Of a stretch of DNA of 59,835 bases, positions 44,508 to 54,150 are shown piece by piece. Positions within the stretch are counted from its first letter, which is position 1; every line of letters begins with the position of its first letter. The stretch comes from a virus (taxonomy: Duplodnaviria > Caudoviricetes): IMG/VR virus record IMGVR_UViG_3300027754_000101, positions 1 through 59,835 of that record. One strand, written 5' to 3'. The notes beneath the pieces were generated by a model. The model worked only from the letters and a program-made list of their open reading frames with translations, did no database searches and was not told the origin of the DNA. The position numbers were made by a program, and so were the translations under genes.

Positions 44508-45077
44508 ATGTATTATATATACTTTCTCAGAGATGAAAACGACAATGTTAAATATGTTGGTCAAACTAAAGATCCAACTACTAGAAAACGAGATCATAAA
44601 AAAATAAAACCACAACACATTTTTGAAATTATAGAAGAAACTGATATTGCAGAAAATGCAAAAAATTTAGAAATTGAATATATAAAAAAACATAATACAT
44701 ATAAAACTGGATGGAACAAATCACCAGGAGGAGAAGGTTTTGATGAGTATGATAGAAAAGGAATTGGTGGTGCAAATAAAGGAAACATTCCTTGGAATAA
44801 AGGAGTAAAAAATTGTTTCTCTCAAGAAACAATAGAAAAAATGAAAAATACTAGAAAAGGTAGAGTTTTTGTTAGAAAAATTTCTGACGATCAAATAAAA
44901 GAAATTAGATTGTTATATGAAAAAAAACCAAGTTTATTGAATGTTGGATTGATAATGAAAAATGGTAGAGAAATGTCTTATATTCAGGCATTTTGTAAAG
45001 AATATGCTAGTAAATATAATTTAACTCCACAAGGAGTAAAAAGAATAATATTAAAGGAGTGTTGGAAAAATGTTTAA
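44508..45077 (+). CDS. GIY-YIG homing endonuclease between the split-intein halves
   Basis: YIY...YVGQT...R...H...E-x-x-YI...GWN pattern; NUMOD3-like PWNKG...ETIEKMK. Confidence 0.88.
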   Translation: MYYIYFLRDENDNVKYVGQTKDPTTRKRDHKKIKPQHIFEIIEETDIAENAKNLEIEYIKKHNTYKTGWNKSPGGEGFDEYDRKGIGGANKGNIPWNKGVKNCFSQETIEKMKNTRKGRVFVRKISDDQIKEIRLLYEKKPSLLNVGLIMKNGREMSYIQAFCKEYASKYNLTPQGVKRIILKECWKNV

Positions 45078-45378
45078 ACTCAATAAAAATACATTAATAA
45101 AAACTCCTACTGGATTCAAAACTTTTTCTGGAATTCAAAAAGTATATAAGCCTTTTTATCATTGGATAATTTTTGATGATGAAACAGAAATAAAATGTTC
45201 AGAAAATCATTCATTTGGTAGTGAAAAAATAAAAGCATCTAATATTAAAGTAGATGACTTTTTGCAAGGGAAGAGGGTTGTATATAATGAAATAGTGGAG
45301 GAGGGAATATATCTTTATGATTTATTGGATGTTGGAGAAGATAATTTATATTATTCAAACAGTATAATATCACATAAC
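45070..45378 (+). mobile_element. Split-intein C fragment (103 aa)
   Basis: Block B-like CSENHSF, block F YLYDLLDV, block G SHN followed by a +1 Cys. Confidence 0.92.
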
Positions 45379-46233
45379 TGTGAGTTTCTTGGTTCAGTTG
45401 ATACTTTGATTGCACCAAGCAAACTCAGATCACTTGTCTATGAGCATCCTAAGACTCGTAATGCTGGTTTAGATGTTTATGTGGATGCGAATGAGGAATG
45501 TGATTACGTCATCACTGTAGACGTTGCTAGAGGGGTAGGGATTGATTATTCGGCATTTGTAGTTGTTGATATTACACAGTTTCCTCATAAAGTTGTTGCA
45601 AAATACCGAAACAACGAAATTAAACCGATGATGTTTCCAAATATCATTTATGAGGTAGCAAAAAATTATAATAATGCATTTATATTATGTGAAGTTAATG
45701 ATGTTGGAGATCAGGTTGCAAGTATTCTTCAGTATGATTTGGAGTATAGTAATTTGTTGATGTGCTCTATGAGAGGAAGAGCAGGTCAAATTGTAGGACA
45801 GGGATTTTCTGGAAAGAAAACTCAACTTGGAGTAAAAATGTCCAAGACTGTTAAAAAAATCGGGTGCTTAAATCTCAAAACTATGATTGAAGAGGATAAG
45901 TTGAACTTTAATGATTATGAGATTATGAGTGAACTTACCACATTCATTCAAAAACACAATTCGTTTGAGGCAGAAGAAGGATGTAACGATGACTTAGCAA
46001 TGTGTCTTGTCATCTATGCTTGGTTAGTAGCACAAGATTATTTTAAAGAACTCACAGATCAAGATGTAAGAAAAAGACTTTATGAAGAGCAAAAAAATCA
46101 AATAGAACAGGATATGGCTCCATTTGGTTTTGTTTCTGATGGGTTGGATGAAACAAGTTTCACTGATGTTGATGGTGATCGTTGGTTTACTGATGAGTAT
46201 GGTGATCGGTCTTTTATGTGGAATTATATGTAA
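45070..46233 (+). CDS. gp17: Split-intein IntC fused to the terminase large subunit C-terminal nuclease half
   Basis: IntC ends ISHN|CEFLGS; nuclease motifs VDVARG-x-G-x-DYSAF and NDDLAM. Confidence 0.95.
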   Translation: MFKLNKNTLIKTPTGFKTFSGIQKVYKPFYHWIIFDDETEIKCSENHSFGSEKIKASNIKVDDFLQGKRVVYNEIVEEGIYLYDLLDVGEDNLYYSNSIISHNCEFLGSVDTLIAPSKLRSLVYEHPKTRNAGLDVYVDANEECDYVITVDVARGVGIDYSAFVVVDITQFPHKVVAKYRNNEIKPMMFPNIIYEVAKNYNNAFILCEVNDVGDQVASILQYDLEYSNLLMCSMRGRAGQIVGQGFSGKKTQLGVKMSKTVKKIGCLNLKTMIEEDKLNFNDYEIMSELTTFIQKHNSFEAEEGCNDDLAMCLVIYAWLVAQDYFKELTDQDVRKRLYEEQKNQIEQDMAPFGFVSDGLDETSFTDVDGDRWFTDEYGDRSFMWNYM

Positions 46234-46287
46234 ATAAAAGATTTGATAAATATTTCTTAGATAAACTGAGAATTTACGGAGAAAAAA

Positions 46288-48486
46288 ATGGCGACTCCTC
46301 AATTATCTCCAGGCGTACTCGTCAGAGAGGTTGATTTAACGGTAGGAAGAGCTGATAATGTACTTGATAATATTGGTGCAATTGCAGGACCCTTTCCAAT
46401 TGGACCAGTAGATTATCCAATTGATATTTCAACAGAACAGGATTTAATCAACGTATTTGGAAAACCACTCTCAACAGATTCCCAATACGAATATTGGATG
46501 AGTGCTTCCTCATACCTTTCTTATGGGGGTATTCTTAAGGTTGTAAGAACCGATGGATCAACTTTGAATAATGCAAATGCCGGAGTTGGAGCTGCCTCTA
46601 CTTCAGCATTAAAAATTGAAAATTATGATGATTATACAAATAATCACTCAGACGGAAATAATTTCACTTATGCAGCAAAGAACCCAGGAACTTGGGCAAA
46701 TAATTTAAAAGTTTGTTTTATTGATAATTTAGCAGATCAGACAATTGGTATTACCACAACAAACCTTTCAAATGCTGGTGCAACTATTGGGTTTGGTGTT
46801 ACAACTGCACTCACAAATATTGCTCTTGCCGGATCAGGAACAACATCACTCTTTAATGGTTATTTAAAGGGTATTATTACTGGTGTTACGACTGATGCTA
46901 CAGGTGGAAATAGTACTATTGATGTAAGAATTGTTTCTAGAGTTTCATCAGGAAATACAGAAACTTTAATTGATTATGCAGAAAATTCTTCTACTGCATC
47001 ATATTCTACTTCAAGTTCTCTTCGTTTCGTCAACAATTCTGGAATCAATACAGGAACATCAGCATCTTCTCCGATTACTCCTTCCACAGTTGTTGATTGG
47101 TACGGACAACAAACTCTTGGTCTTACAAATTCCACAATTTATTGGAAGTCAATTGCACCGAAACCAGTCACAAATCAATATTCACTTGATAGAGCTGGTG
47201 AAAATGATGCTCTCCATATTGCAGTTGTTGATGATAGAGGAACAATCACAGGAAATTCGGGAACAATTATTGAAAAATTCGTAAGTCTTTCCAAGGCATT
47301 TGATTCAATTTCTGCAGTAAATTCTCCTCAAAAGATTTGGTACAAACAGTTTCTTGCCGATTTCTCTTCTCAAGTTTATGCAGGAAGCAATCCTTCCAGT
47401 GCTGCTGATTCATATCACGGAACTGCTCCAAGAGCAGTAGGGTTCAGTACATCATTTACTCCATACACAACCTCACAAGGTCTCTGGGGTCAAAATGCAC
47501 AGGGAATAACCTTCTCTTCAATCGGAAATGAATCATACACTCTCTCAGGAGGTGTTGATTATTCTGCTACTAATGGAATGCAGGCATCTCTTGGAGATTT
47601 GATTGACTCATATCAACTCTTTAGTAATAAAGATGAGATTCAAGTAGATTATCTCATTATGGGTCCAGGTCTTACGAATCAAGTGGATTCACAGGCAAAG
47701 GCAAATTATTTAATTTCTCTTGCAGGTTCAAGAGGAGATGCTGTTGCATGTATTGGTCCACACAGAGCAAACTTAGTTAATATTACAAATACTACGACTC
47801 AAACAACAAATCTGATTCAATATTTCAGTTCACTTCAATCATCTTCTTATGCAATCTTTGATAGTGGATACAAGTATACCTATGATAGGTTCAACAATCA
47901 GTTCCGTTACATTCCTTGTAATGCTGATGTTGCCGGTCTAATGACTCGCACTAATATTGTTGCATATCCTTGGTTCTCTCCTGCAGGTCAGCAAAGAGGA
48001 ATTTTAAATAATGTAGTTAAACTTGCATATAATCCAAATAAGGCACAAAGGGACCAACTTTACCCACAAAGAATAAATTCAATTATAACTCAACCTGGAG
48101 TTGGAACTCTTCTTTTTGGAGACAAGACTGCTCTTGGATATGCATCTGCGTTTGATAGAATTAACGTTCGTCGTTTGTTCCTTACAATTGAGCAAACACT
48201 ACAAAGAGCTGCACAGGCACAACTCTTTGAATTGAATGATGAACTTACAAGAGCAAACTTTAAGAATATTGTTGAACCATACCTTCGTGATGTAGAAGCA
48301 AAGAGAGGTCTCTACGGATTCTTGGTTGTTTGCGATACTTCAAATAACACTCCTGATGTGATTGATAATAATGAGTTCCGTGCTGATATCTTCCTGAAAC
48401 CAACCAAATCAATTAATTATGTAACTCTCACTTTTGTTGCAACTCGCACTGGTGTTAGTTTTGAAGAAGTTGCTGGAACTGTTTAA
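46288..48486 (+). CDS. gp18: Tail sheath protein gp18
   Basis: SPGVLVREVDLT, PWFSPAG, FDRINVRRLF. Confidence 0.96.
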   Translation: MATPQLSPGVLVREVDLTVGRADNVLDNIGAIAGPFPIGPVDYPIDISTEQDLINVFGKPLSTDSQYEYWMSASSYLSYGGILKVVRTDGSTLNNANAGVGAASTSALKIENYDDYTNNHSDGNNFTYAAKNPGTWANNLKVCFIDNLADQTIGITTTNLSNAGATIGFGVTTALTNIALAGSGTTSLFNGYLKGIITGVTTDATGGNSTIDVRIVSRVSSGNTETLIDYAENSSTASYSTSSSLRFVNNSGINTGTSASSPITPSTVVDWYGQQTLGLTNSTIYWKSIAPKPVTNQYSLDRAGENDALHIAVVDDRGTITGNSGTIIEKFVSLSKAFDSISAVNSPQKIWYKQFLADFSSQVYAGSNPSSAADSYHGTAPRAVGFSTSFTPYTTSQGLWGQNAQGITFSSIGNESYTLSGGVDYSATNGMQASLGDLIDSYQLFSNKDEIQVDYLIMGPGLTNQVDSQAKANYLISLAGSRGDAVACIGPHRANLVNITNTTTQTTNLIQYFSSLQSSSYAIFDSGYKYTYDRFNNQFRYIPCNADVAGLMTRTNIVAYPWFSPAGQQRGILNNVVKLAYNPNKAQRDQLYPQRINSIITQPGVGTLLFGDKTALGYASAFDRINVRRLFLTIEQTLQRAAQAQLFELNDELTRANFKNIVEPYLRDVEAKRGLYGFLVVCDTSNNTPDVIDNNEFRADIFLKPTKSINYVTLTFVATRTGVSFEEVAGTV

Positions 48487-48519
48487 TTAAAATAAATAAA
48501 TTAAAAGGAGAATCCAAAA

Positions 48520-49089
48520 ATGGCAACACAAAAGACTATCACTGATTTTAAAACGGCACTTGTTGGTGGTGGTGCTCGTCCTAATCTGTTTGAAGTTTCA
48601 ATTGGCAACATTCCATCACCAGCAGGAACTCTTCCTGAAAAATTTGTAGTGCTATGTAAGGCAGCTAATCTACCTGCCTCAAACGTTGCATCTATTGATG
48701 TTCCTTTTCGTGGAAGAATTTTTAAGGTTGCTGGTGATAGAACCTTTGATACTTGGCAAATTACTGTCATTAATGACAACGATTTTGCGATTAGGAAGGT
48801 TATGGAAGATTGGATGCAGCATATTGCTCAATATAAGGATGCAAGTGGTACTACCGATCCTGCTACATATATGGCAAATGCAACAGTGACTCAGTTGAGC
48901 AGAAGTGCATCAACAATTACAGCATCAAGCACTAGTGGTGTTGCCGATGCCAAACAATACATATTTGAGGATATTTTTCCAACTAATATTTCTGCAATTG
49001 ATCTTTCCTTTGATACATCAGATACGATTGAAGAATTTACTGTTGAATTTCAAGTGAATTACTGGTATCCTGCAGAAAAGACCAATTGA
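48520..49089 (+). CDS. gp19: Tail tube protein gp19
   Basis: GGARPNLFEV, AGDRTFDTW, IEEFTVEF. Confidence 0.95.
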   Translation: MATQKTITDFKTALVGGGARPNLFEVSIGNIPSPAGTLPEKFVVLCKAANLPASNVASIDVPFRGRIFKVAGDRTFDTWQITVINDNDFAIRKVMEDWMQHIAQYKDASGTTDPATYMANATVTQLSRSASTITASSTSGVADAKQYIFEDIFPTNISAIDLSFDTSDTIEEFTVEFQVNYWYPAEKTN

Positions 49090-49126
49090 TAGGGTCAATA
49101 AATAGTATAAACTGATTAAATAAATT

Positions 49127-50815
49127 ATGGCAAGGTTGTTTGGATTCTCAATTGAAAATAGTGAACCAGTATCTCCTACTGTGGTTTCCCCCGTTCCTCC
49201 TAATAATGAGGACGGGGTTGATCATTATTTAACTAGTGGTTTTTTTGGTTCTTATGTTGATATTGAGGGAGTATATCGCACAGAATATGATTTAATCAAA
49301 AGATATCGTGAGATGGCACTACACCCGGAATGTGATAGTGCAATTGAAGATGTTGTAAATGAGGCAATCGTATCAGACACAAATGATAGTCCTATTACGA
49401 TTGAACTTTCAAATTTAAGTGCAAGTGATGGAATTAAGGACAAAATACGCAAAGAATTTAAATATATTTTAGAACTTTTAGATTTTGATAAAAAATCTCA
49501 CGAAATTTATAGAAATTGGTATATTGATGGGAGATTATATTATCACAAAGTTATTGATTTAAAGAGACCTGAATTGGGAATTCAGGAGATGAGATATATT
49601 GATTCACTTAAGATGAGATATGTTCGTCAGGCAAAAAAGACCGATAATGATAAGTATAAATTATCAAACAGAAATGTTGATAATCCAATGGATTATGAGT
49701 TTCCTGAAATTGAGGAATATTTCATATATAATCCAAAAATGACGTATCCAACAGGTACTCCGGCACCAGGAGCACTTGGAGGTTCTTCCAGTGGAATCAA
49801 GATGTCAAAAGATTCCATTACTTACTGTACTTCTGGTTTAGTAGATCGCAATAAAGGGTCAACTCTCTCATATCTTCATAAGGCAATCAAGTCTCTCAAT
49901 CAATTGAGAATGATTGAGGATAGTCTCGTAATATATCGTCTCTCTCGTGCTCCTGAAAGAAGAATATTCTATATTGATGTTGGTAATCTTCCAAAGGTAA
50001 AGGCAGAGCAATATCTTCGTGATGTAATGAATCGTTATCGTAATAAGCAAGTGTATGATTCTGCGACTGGAGAAATTCGTGATGATAAGAAGTTTATGGC
50101 AATGCTTGAGGATTTCTGGTTACCTCGTCGTGAAGGTGGTAGAGGAACTGAAATCACTACACTTCCTGGTGGTCAGAATCTTGGTGAAATCACAGATATT
50201 GAGTATTTTAAGAAAAAACTTTTCCGTTCTCTAAATGTTCCTACATCAAGAATGGATGGAGAAGGTGGATTTAATCTTGGTCGTTCATCAGAAATCTTAA
50301 GAGATGAAGTTAAGTTTAGTAAATTTGTTGCTCGTTTAAGAAAAAGATTTTCTGTAATGTTTAGTGATATGCTCAAGACTCAATTGATTCTAAAAAATAT
50401 TATTACTCCAGAAGATTGGGAGATAATGAATGAGCATATTCAGTATGATTTCCTATATGATAATCATTTTGCCGAACTGAAGAATACAGAACTATTAAAT
50501 GAAAGACTTACGATGGTCGCAACTGCAGAACCATATATTGGTAAGTATTTTTCACAAGATTATGTAAGAAGAAATATTCTTCGTCAAACTGATATTGAAA
50601 TTATTGAACAGGACGATTTGATTAAAAAAGAAATTGGGAAGGGTATTATTCCAGATCCAAATCAACCTATAGACCCAGCAACAGGAATGCCAATAGATTC
50701 AACATCTCAAATGGATTTGGGGCAACCAGTGATGGAGCCAGATTTAAAAGGTGATGAAAAAATCGTTTCACCAAGGCAAAAAGCAATGGAAATGCCGAAG
50801 GGTGGAGAGATATAA
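49127..50815 (+). CDS. gp20: Portal protein gp20
   Basis: RAPERRIFYIDVGNLPK, EDFWLPRREGGRGTEITTLPGG. Confidence 0.97.
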   Translation: MARLFGFSIENSEPVSPTVVSPVPPNNEDGVDHYLTSGFFGSYVDIEGVYRTEYDLIKRYREMALHPECDSAIEDVVNEAIVSDTNDSPITIELSNLSASDGIKDKIRKEFKYILELLDFDKKSHEIYRNWYIDGRLYYHKVIDLKRPELGIQEMRYIDSLKMRYVRQAKKTDNDKYKLSNRNVDNPMDYEFPEIEEYFIYNPKMTYPTGTPAPGALGGSSSGIKMSKDSITYCTSGLVDRNKGSTLSYLHKAIKSLNQLRMIEDSLVIYRLSRAPERRIFYIDVGNLPKVKAEQYLRDVMNRYRNKQVYDSATGEIRDDKKFMAMLEDFWLPRREGGRGTEITTLPGGQNLGEITDIEYFKKKLFRSLNVPTSRMDGEGGFNLGRSSEILRDEVKFSKFVARLRKRFSVMFSDMLKTQLILKNIITPEDWEIMNEHIQYDFLYDNHFAELKNTELLNERLTMVATAEPYIGKYFSQDYVRRNILRQTDIEIIEQDDLIKKEIGKGIIPDPNQPIDPATGMPIDSTSQMDLGQPVMEPDLKGDEKIVSPRQKAMEMPKGGEI

Positions 50816-50818
50816 ATA
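50811..50818 (+). promoter_or_regulatory. T4-type late promoter
   Basis: TATAAATA. Related NATAAATA boxes precede most structural genes (for example near 12761, 46246, 49097, 51651, 52889 and 56639). Confidence 0.65.
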
Positions 50819-50827
50819 GAAGCAGTT

Positions 50828-51022
50828 ATGTCTAATGGTAATAAAATGGATGATTTAATGGATATGATTGTTGCTGATGAATCACCATCACAAATCAGTG
50901 ATAAGATCAAAGATATGCTATTTTCCAAATCAGCAGAAAGAATTGATGCTTTCCGACCCGTTGTATCATCCGCAATGTTTGGTGATTCTGAGGTTGAAAA
51001 CGAAGAGTATGATGAAGAGTGA
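50828..51022 (+). CDS. Small acidic protein (prohead core-like position)
   Basis: 64-aa ORF immediately after gp20. Confidence 0.75.
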   Translation: MSNGNKMDDLMDMIVADESPSQISDKIKDMLFSKSAERIDAFRPVVSSAMFGDSEVENEEYDEE

Positions 51023-51057
51023 TAAATATAAAAAGGATCATATAAGTAGAAAATTCA

Positions 51058-51630
51058 ATGTCTGATACATCCTTTAAACTTTTTGCTGATAAAATGGGTG
51101 CTACTACAGCAACTCAATATATTGGTAAAAAGGGAGAAATTTTTTACGATATTGATGGAACAACTCCAATTCGTCTATCGGATGGTGTAACACCTGGAGG
51201 TATTCCATTTGGTATTACAAATACATCAACAACATTTACTCCACAATTCAAAACTGTTTCTGGTAACACACTTGCTGGAACTGTGACTACTGGTTCTTAT
51301 GTTCTTCAGGGATTAATCTGCCACTTTAGAATTAATGTTAATTTTGCAGCTACATCAGATTTCGGTTCTGCCAGCCAGTATCAATTCACATTACCATTTG
51401 ATACTGCACATACTGTAACCATTCGTGGTGGAACTTTACATGCTCCTAACCCTAATGATGCAATTTATCATATTGCAGGAATTACAGATATTGCTGAATC
51501 TTCAATTATAATGAAATTATATTATTCTGGAAGTGCAACAGACTTGGCATGGAAGTCCACTACTCCAGTAACTGCAACAAATAACTATAGTCACTTTGAT
51601 ATTTCTGGTGCTTATCAAATCGCAGTATAA
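51058..51630 (+). CDS. Fibre-like protein (Mtd_N/hyaluronidase-like N-terminus)
   Basis: GEIFYD...IRLSDGVTPGG followed by a beta-rich C-terminus (YQFTLPF). Confidence 0.55.
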   Translation: MSDTSFKLFADKMGATTATQYIGKKGEIFYDIDGTTPIRLSDGVTPGGIPFGITNTSTTFTPQFKTVSGNTLAGTVTTGSYVLQGLICHFRINVNFAATSDFGSASQYQFTLPFDTAHTVTIRGGTLHAPNPNDAIYHIAGITDIAESSIIMKLYYSGSATDLAWKSTTPVTATNNYSHFDISGAYQIAV

Positions 51631-51682
51631 ATTTCAAGAACTTGTAAAGTAATAAATAACTAAAAGTGTATCTCATAAAATA

Positions 51683-52228
51683 ATGGCTCATAGACCAGTT
51701 GGGGCTGGATCCTCATTCAACTTCACAGCAGGAACTGCATCAACATCTTCTGCATTTTCAGTTCAATCAAGTGTTGTAAGAGTAGTTGCTGTAGGTGGTG
51801 CTGCATTTGTTGCCGTTGGAGCAACTCCTTCTGCTACTAATGCTGATTATTATGTTCCCTCTGGTGGAACTGCAACACTTGCACTCACAAAGGCATCTAA
51901 TCGTGTTGTTGGAGTCACAACAGGAACTACAACAATCGTGACTGTACCAGAAGGAACTCAAGTTCCCTTTGGTGTTGGAGATTATGTAACTTTGAGTGGT
52001 TCAACATACCATAACTTCACACATCAACAAGTTCTTTCAGTTGATACTTCTTCCGGAGTTGGTGGGTATTTTCAGTCAAGAATGACTGTGAATTATAACT
52101 CAAGTGGTATTGCAACAGCATTCTCATCCGCAGATGCGTTTGTTATCACATCAAATAAAGTTTCTGCATATGGGGTTGGTGCAGGAACTCTTTATTATCA
52201 ACAAGTACAAATTTCCGGAGATGCCTGA
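51683..52228 (+). CDS. Hypothetical virion protein
   Basis: Thr/Ser/Gly-rich beta-type ORF coupled to gp21. Confidence 0.7.
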   Translation: MAHRPVGAGSSFNFTAGTASTSSAFSVQSSVVRVVAVGGAAFVAVGATPSATNADYYVPSGGTATLALTKASNRVVGVTTGTTTIVTVPEGTQVPFGVGDYVTLSGSTYHNFTHQQVLSVDTSSGVGGYFQSRMTVNYNSSGIATAFSSADAFVITSNKVSAYGVGAGTLYYQQVQISGDA

Positions 52229-52878
52229 TGAAACTTATTACCGAAGAGATAGAATCAGTAGAAGTGATTACTGAAAGTATAAATGGAAAGAAAACTCTTT
52301 ATATCAAAGGACCATTTCTTCAGACCGAACAACCAAATCGGAATAAAAGAATTTATCGTATGCCCGTGATGGAACGTGAGGTCAAAAGATATACAGAGCA
52401 ATATGTAAATAAAGGTCGTGCTCTTGGTGAACTCGGACATCCAGATGGTCCAACAGTCAATCTGGACAGAGTTTCTCATAAAATTACAGAACTTTATCGT
52501 GAAGGTAATAATTTTATTGGTAAGGCACAAATTCTTTCCACTCCTATGGGTAAGATTGCAGAGGCACTTCTCAAAGAAGGTGTGATGCTCGGTGTTTCTT
52601 CTCGTGGTATTGGTTCACTAAGACCAACTCAAAATGGATATAGTGAAGTTGGTGAAGATTTTATGCTCGCAACTGCTGCTGATATTGTTGCAGACCCCTC
52701 TGCACCTGATGCATTCGTTCAGGGGATTATGGAAGGTAAGGAATGGGTATGGGATGGTGGAGTGCTTCGTGAGCATTCTGCAAGGAAAGCATACAATAGA
52801 ATAAATACATTAGTTTCACAAAAACAACTGGAAGAGAATAGATTGAATCTTTTCAACGATTTTCTAAATTCGTTGTAA
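52228..52878 (+). CDS. gp21: Prohead protease gp21
   Basis: ALGELGHP, GVSSRGIGS, DIVADPSAPDAFV. Confidence 0.96.
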   Translation: MKLITEEIESVEVITESINGKKTLYIKGPFLQTEQPNRNKRIYRMPVMEREVKRYTEQYVNKGRALGELGHPDGPTVNLDRVSHKITELYREGNNFIGKAQILSTPMGKIAEALLKEGVMLGVSSRGIGSLRPTQNGYSEVGEDFMLATAADIVADPSAPDAFVQGIMEGKEWVWDGGVLREHSARKAYNRINTLVSQKQLEENRLNLFNDFLNSL

Positions 52879-52933
52879 ATTATTAAATTATAAATAAATA
52901 TAGATTTCATAAAAAGAAAATCGGAGAGTTCAA

Positions 52934-54097
52934 ATGTCTCGTGGAGATTTACAAGAAATGGAAGTAGGCACAAAGCAATCCAAAACTGCTGTGAATGCTA
53001 ATGCACCAGCACCTAACCCAATGAGTCACTTAAGTGGTTCAACACCAGGTCAAACTGGTAGTTGGGAAGATTTAGGTGGTCCTACACCTGAGAATTATCG
53101 TTCTGATGATGATTCTGCAAAACTTAAGACCCCTGAAGGAACACTCAAGCAAGTTAGAGATGTTGTTAACAAGGGTGCAAGAAGTGCAGATCCTATGAAG
53201 GGTATGGCAAAAGAAGATGCTGATTATGATGAAGAAGATGAAGAACTTCTAGAAGCCAAAGAAGAGGATGAAGAGGAAGAGGGTGACGAAGAAGAAGATA
53301 ACAAGAAAAATGGTAAGAAAAGTAAAAAGGAAGAAGATGACGAAGAGGAAGATGATGAGGATCTAAAAGAAGAGTTTGATCTTGAAGAAGATGTAAATGC
53401 TCTTCTCGGTGGAGAAGAACTCTCCGAAGAGTTCAGAGAAAAAGCAAAACTTGTTTTTGAATCTGCACTCAGATCAAAAATTGGTGAAATCAAAGAATCT
53501 CTTGAGATCAGATATGCTGAAGCACTTGTAGAAGAAATTGAAGAAATCAAAGAAGCATTGAATGATCGTGTAGATTCTTATCTTGAATATGTTGCTGATG
53601 AGTGGTTTGCTGAAAACACACTCTCAATTGAAAAGGGTCTAAAAGAAGAACTCACTGAGTCCTTCTTGACTGGTCTGAAAGGACTTTTTGAAGAACATTA
53701 TGTAACAATCCCTGAAGATAAATATGATGTTCTAGAGAGCATGGTAAACAAACTTGATGATATGGAGACGAAACTCAACGAGCAGATTGAGAAAAACGTT
53801 TCACTCAACAGTCGTCTCGCAGAGTCGGTTGCTGATGGAATCTTAGATCAAATTTCTGAGGGTCTTGCGTACACTCAGAAAGAGAAGCTCGCCTCACTTG
53901 CCGAAAGTGTAGAGTTTGAAAGTGAAGAAGAATATCGTGAAAAACTGGAGACACTAAAGGAATCTTATTTTCCAACAAAAATGATTTCTCCATATGCTAA
54001 AACCGAAACCCTTTCTGAGGGATTAGATTCGGCACCAGAATCTGTTTCAGGTTCTATGGCTGCATATCTAAACACACTTTCAAAATTTAGCAAATAA
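52934..54097 (+). CDS. gp22: Prohead scaffolding protein gp22
   Basis: Acidic coiled coil; LSEEFREKA-x-x-VFE, VDSYLEYVADEW; synteny. Confidence 0.92.
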   Translation: MSRGDLQEMEVGTKQSKTAVNANAPAPNPMSHLSGSTPGQTGSWEDLGGPTPENYRSDDDSAKLKTPEGTLKQVRDVVNKGARSADPMKGMAKEDADYDEEDEELLEAKEEDEEEEGDEEEDNKKNGKKSKKEEDDEEEDDEDLKEEFDLEEDVNALLGGEELSEEFREKAKLVFESALRSKIGEIKESLEIRYAEALVEEIEEIKEALNDRVDSYLEYVADEWFAENTLSIEKGLKEELTESFLTGLKGLFEEHYVTIPEDKYDVLESMVNKLDDMETKLNEQIEKNVSLNSRLAESVADGILDQISEGLAYTQKEKLASLAESVEFESEEEYREKLETLKESYFPTKMISPYAKTETLSEGLDSAPESVSGSMAAYLNTLSKFSK

Positions 54098-54150
54098 TTG
54101 AATTTAACATAATTCAAACGCAAACATTCACTTACAAAAGGTAAAAGCAA

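Noticed and set aside
44380-45080. Group I intron in gp17
   Set aside because: The flanks encode intein blocks and there is no room for a ribozyme core.
51058-51630. Diversity-generating retroelement target
   Set aside because: No reverse transcriptase and no adenine-mismatched template/variable repeat pair were seen in the window.
53224-53550. Ser-rich minus-strand ORF
   Set aside because: It is the antisense shadow of the GAA/GAT-rich acidic tract of gp22.
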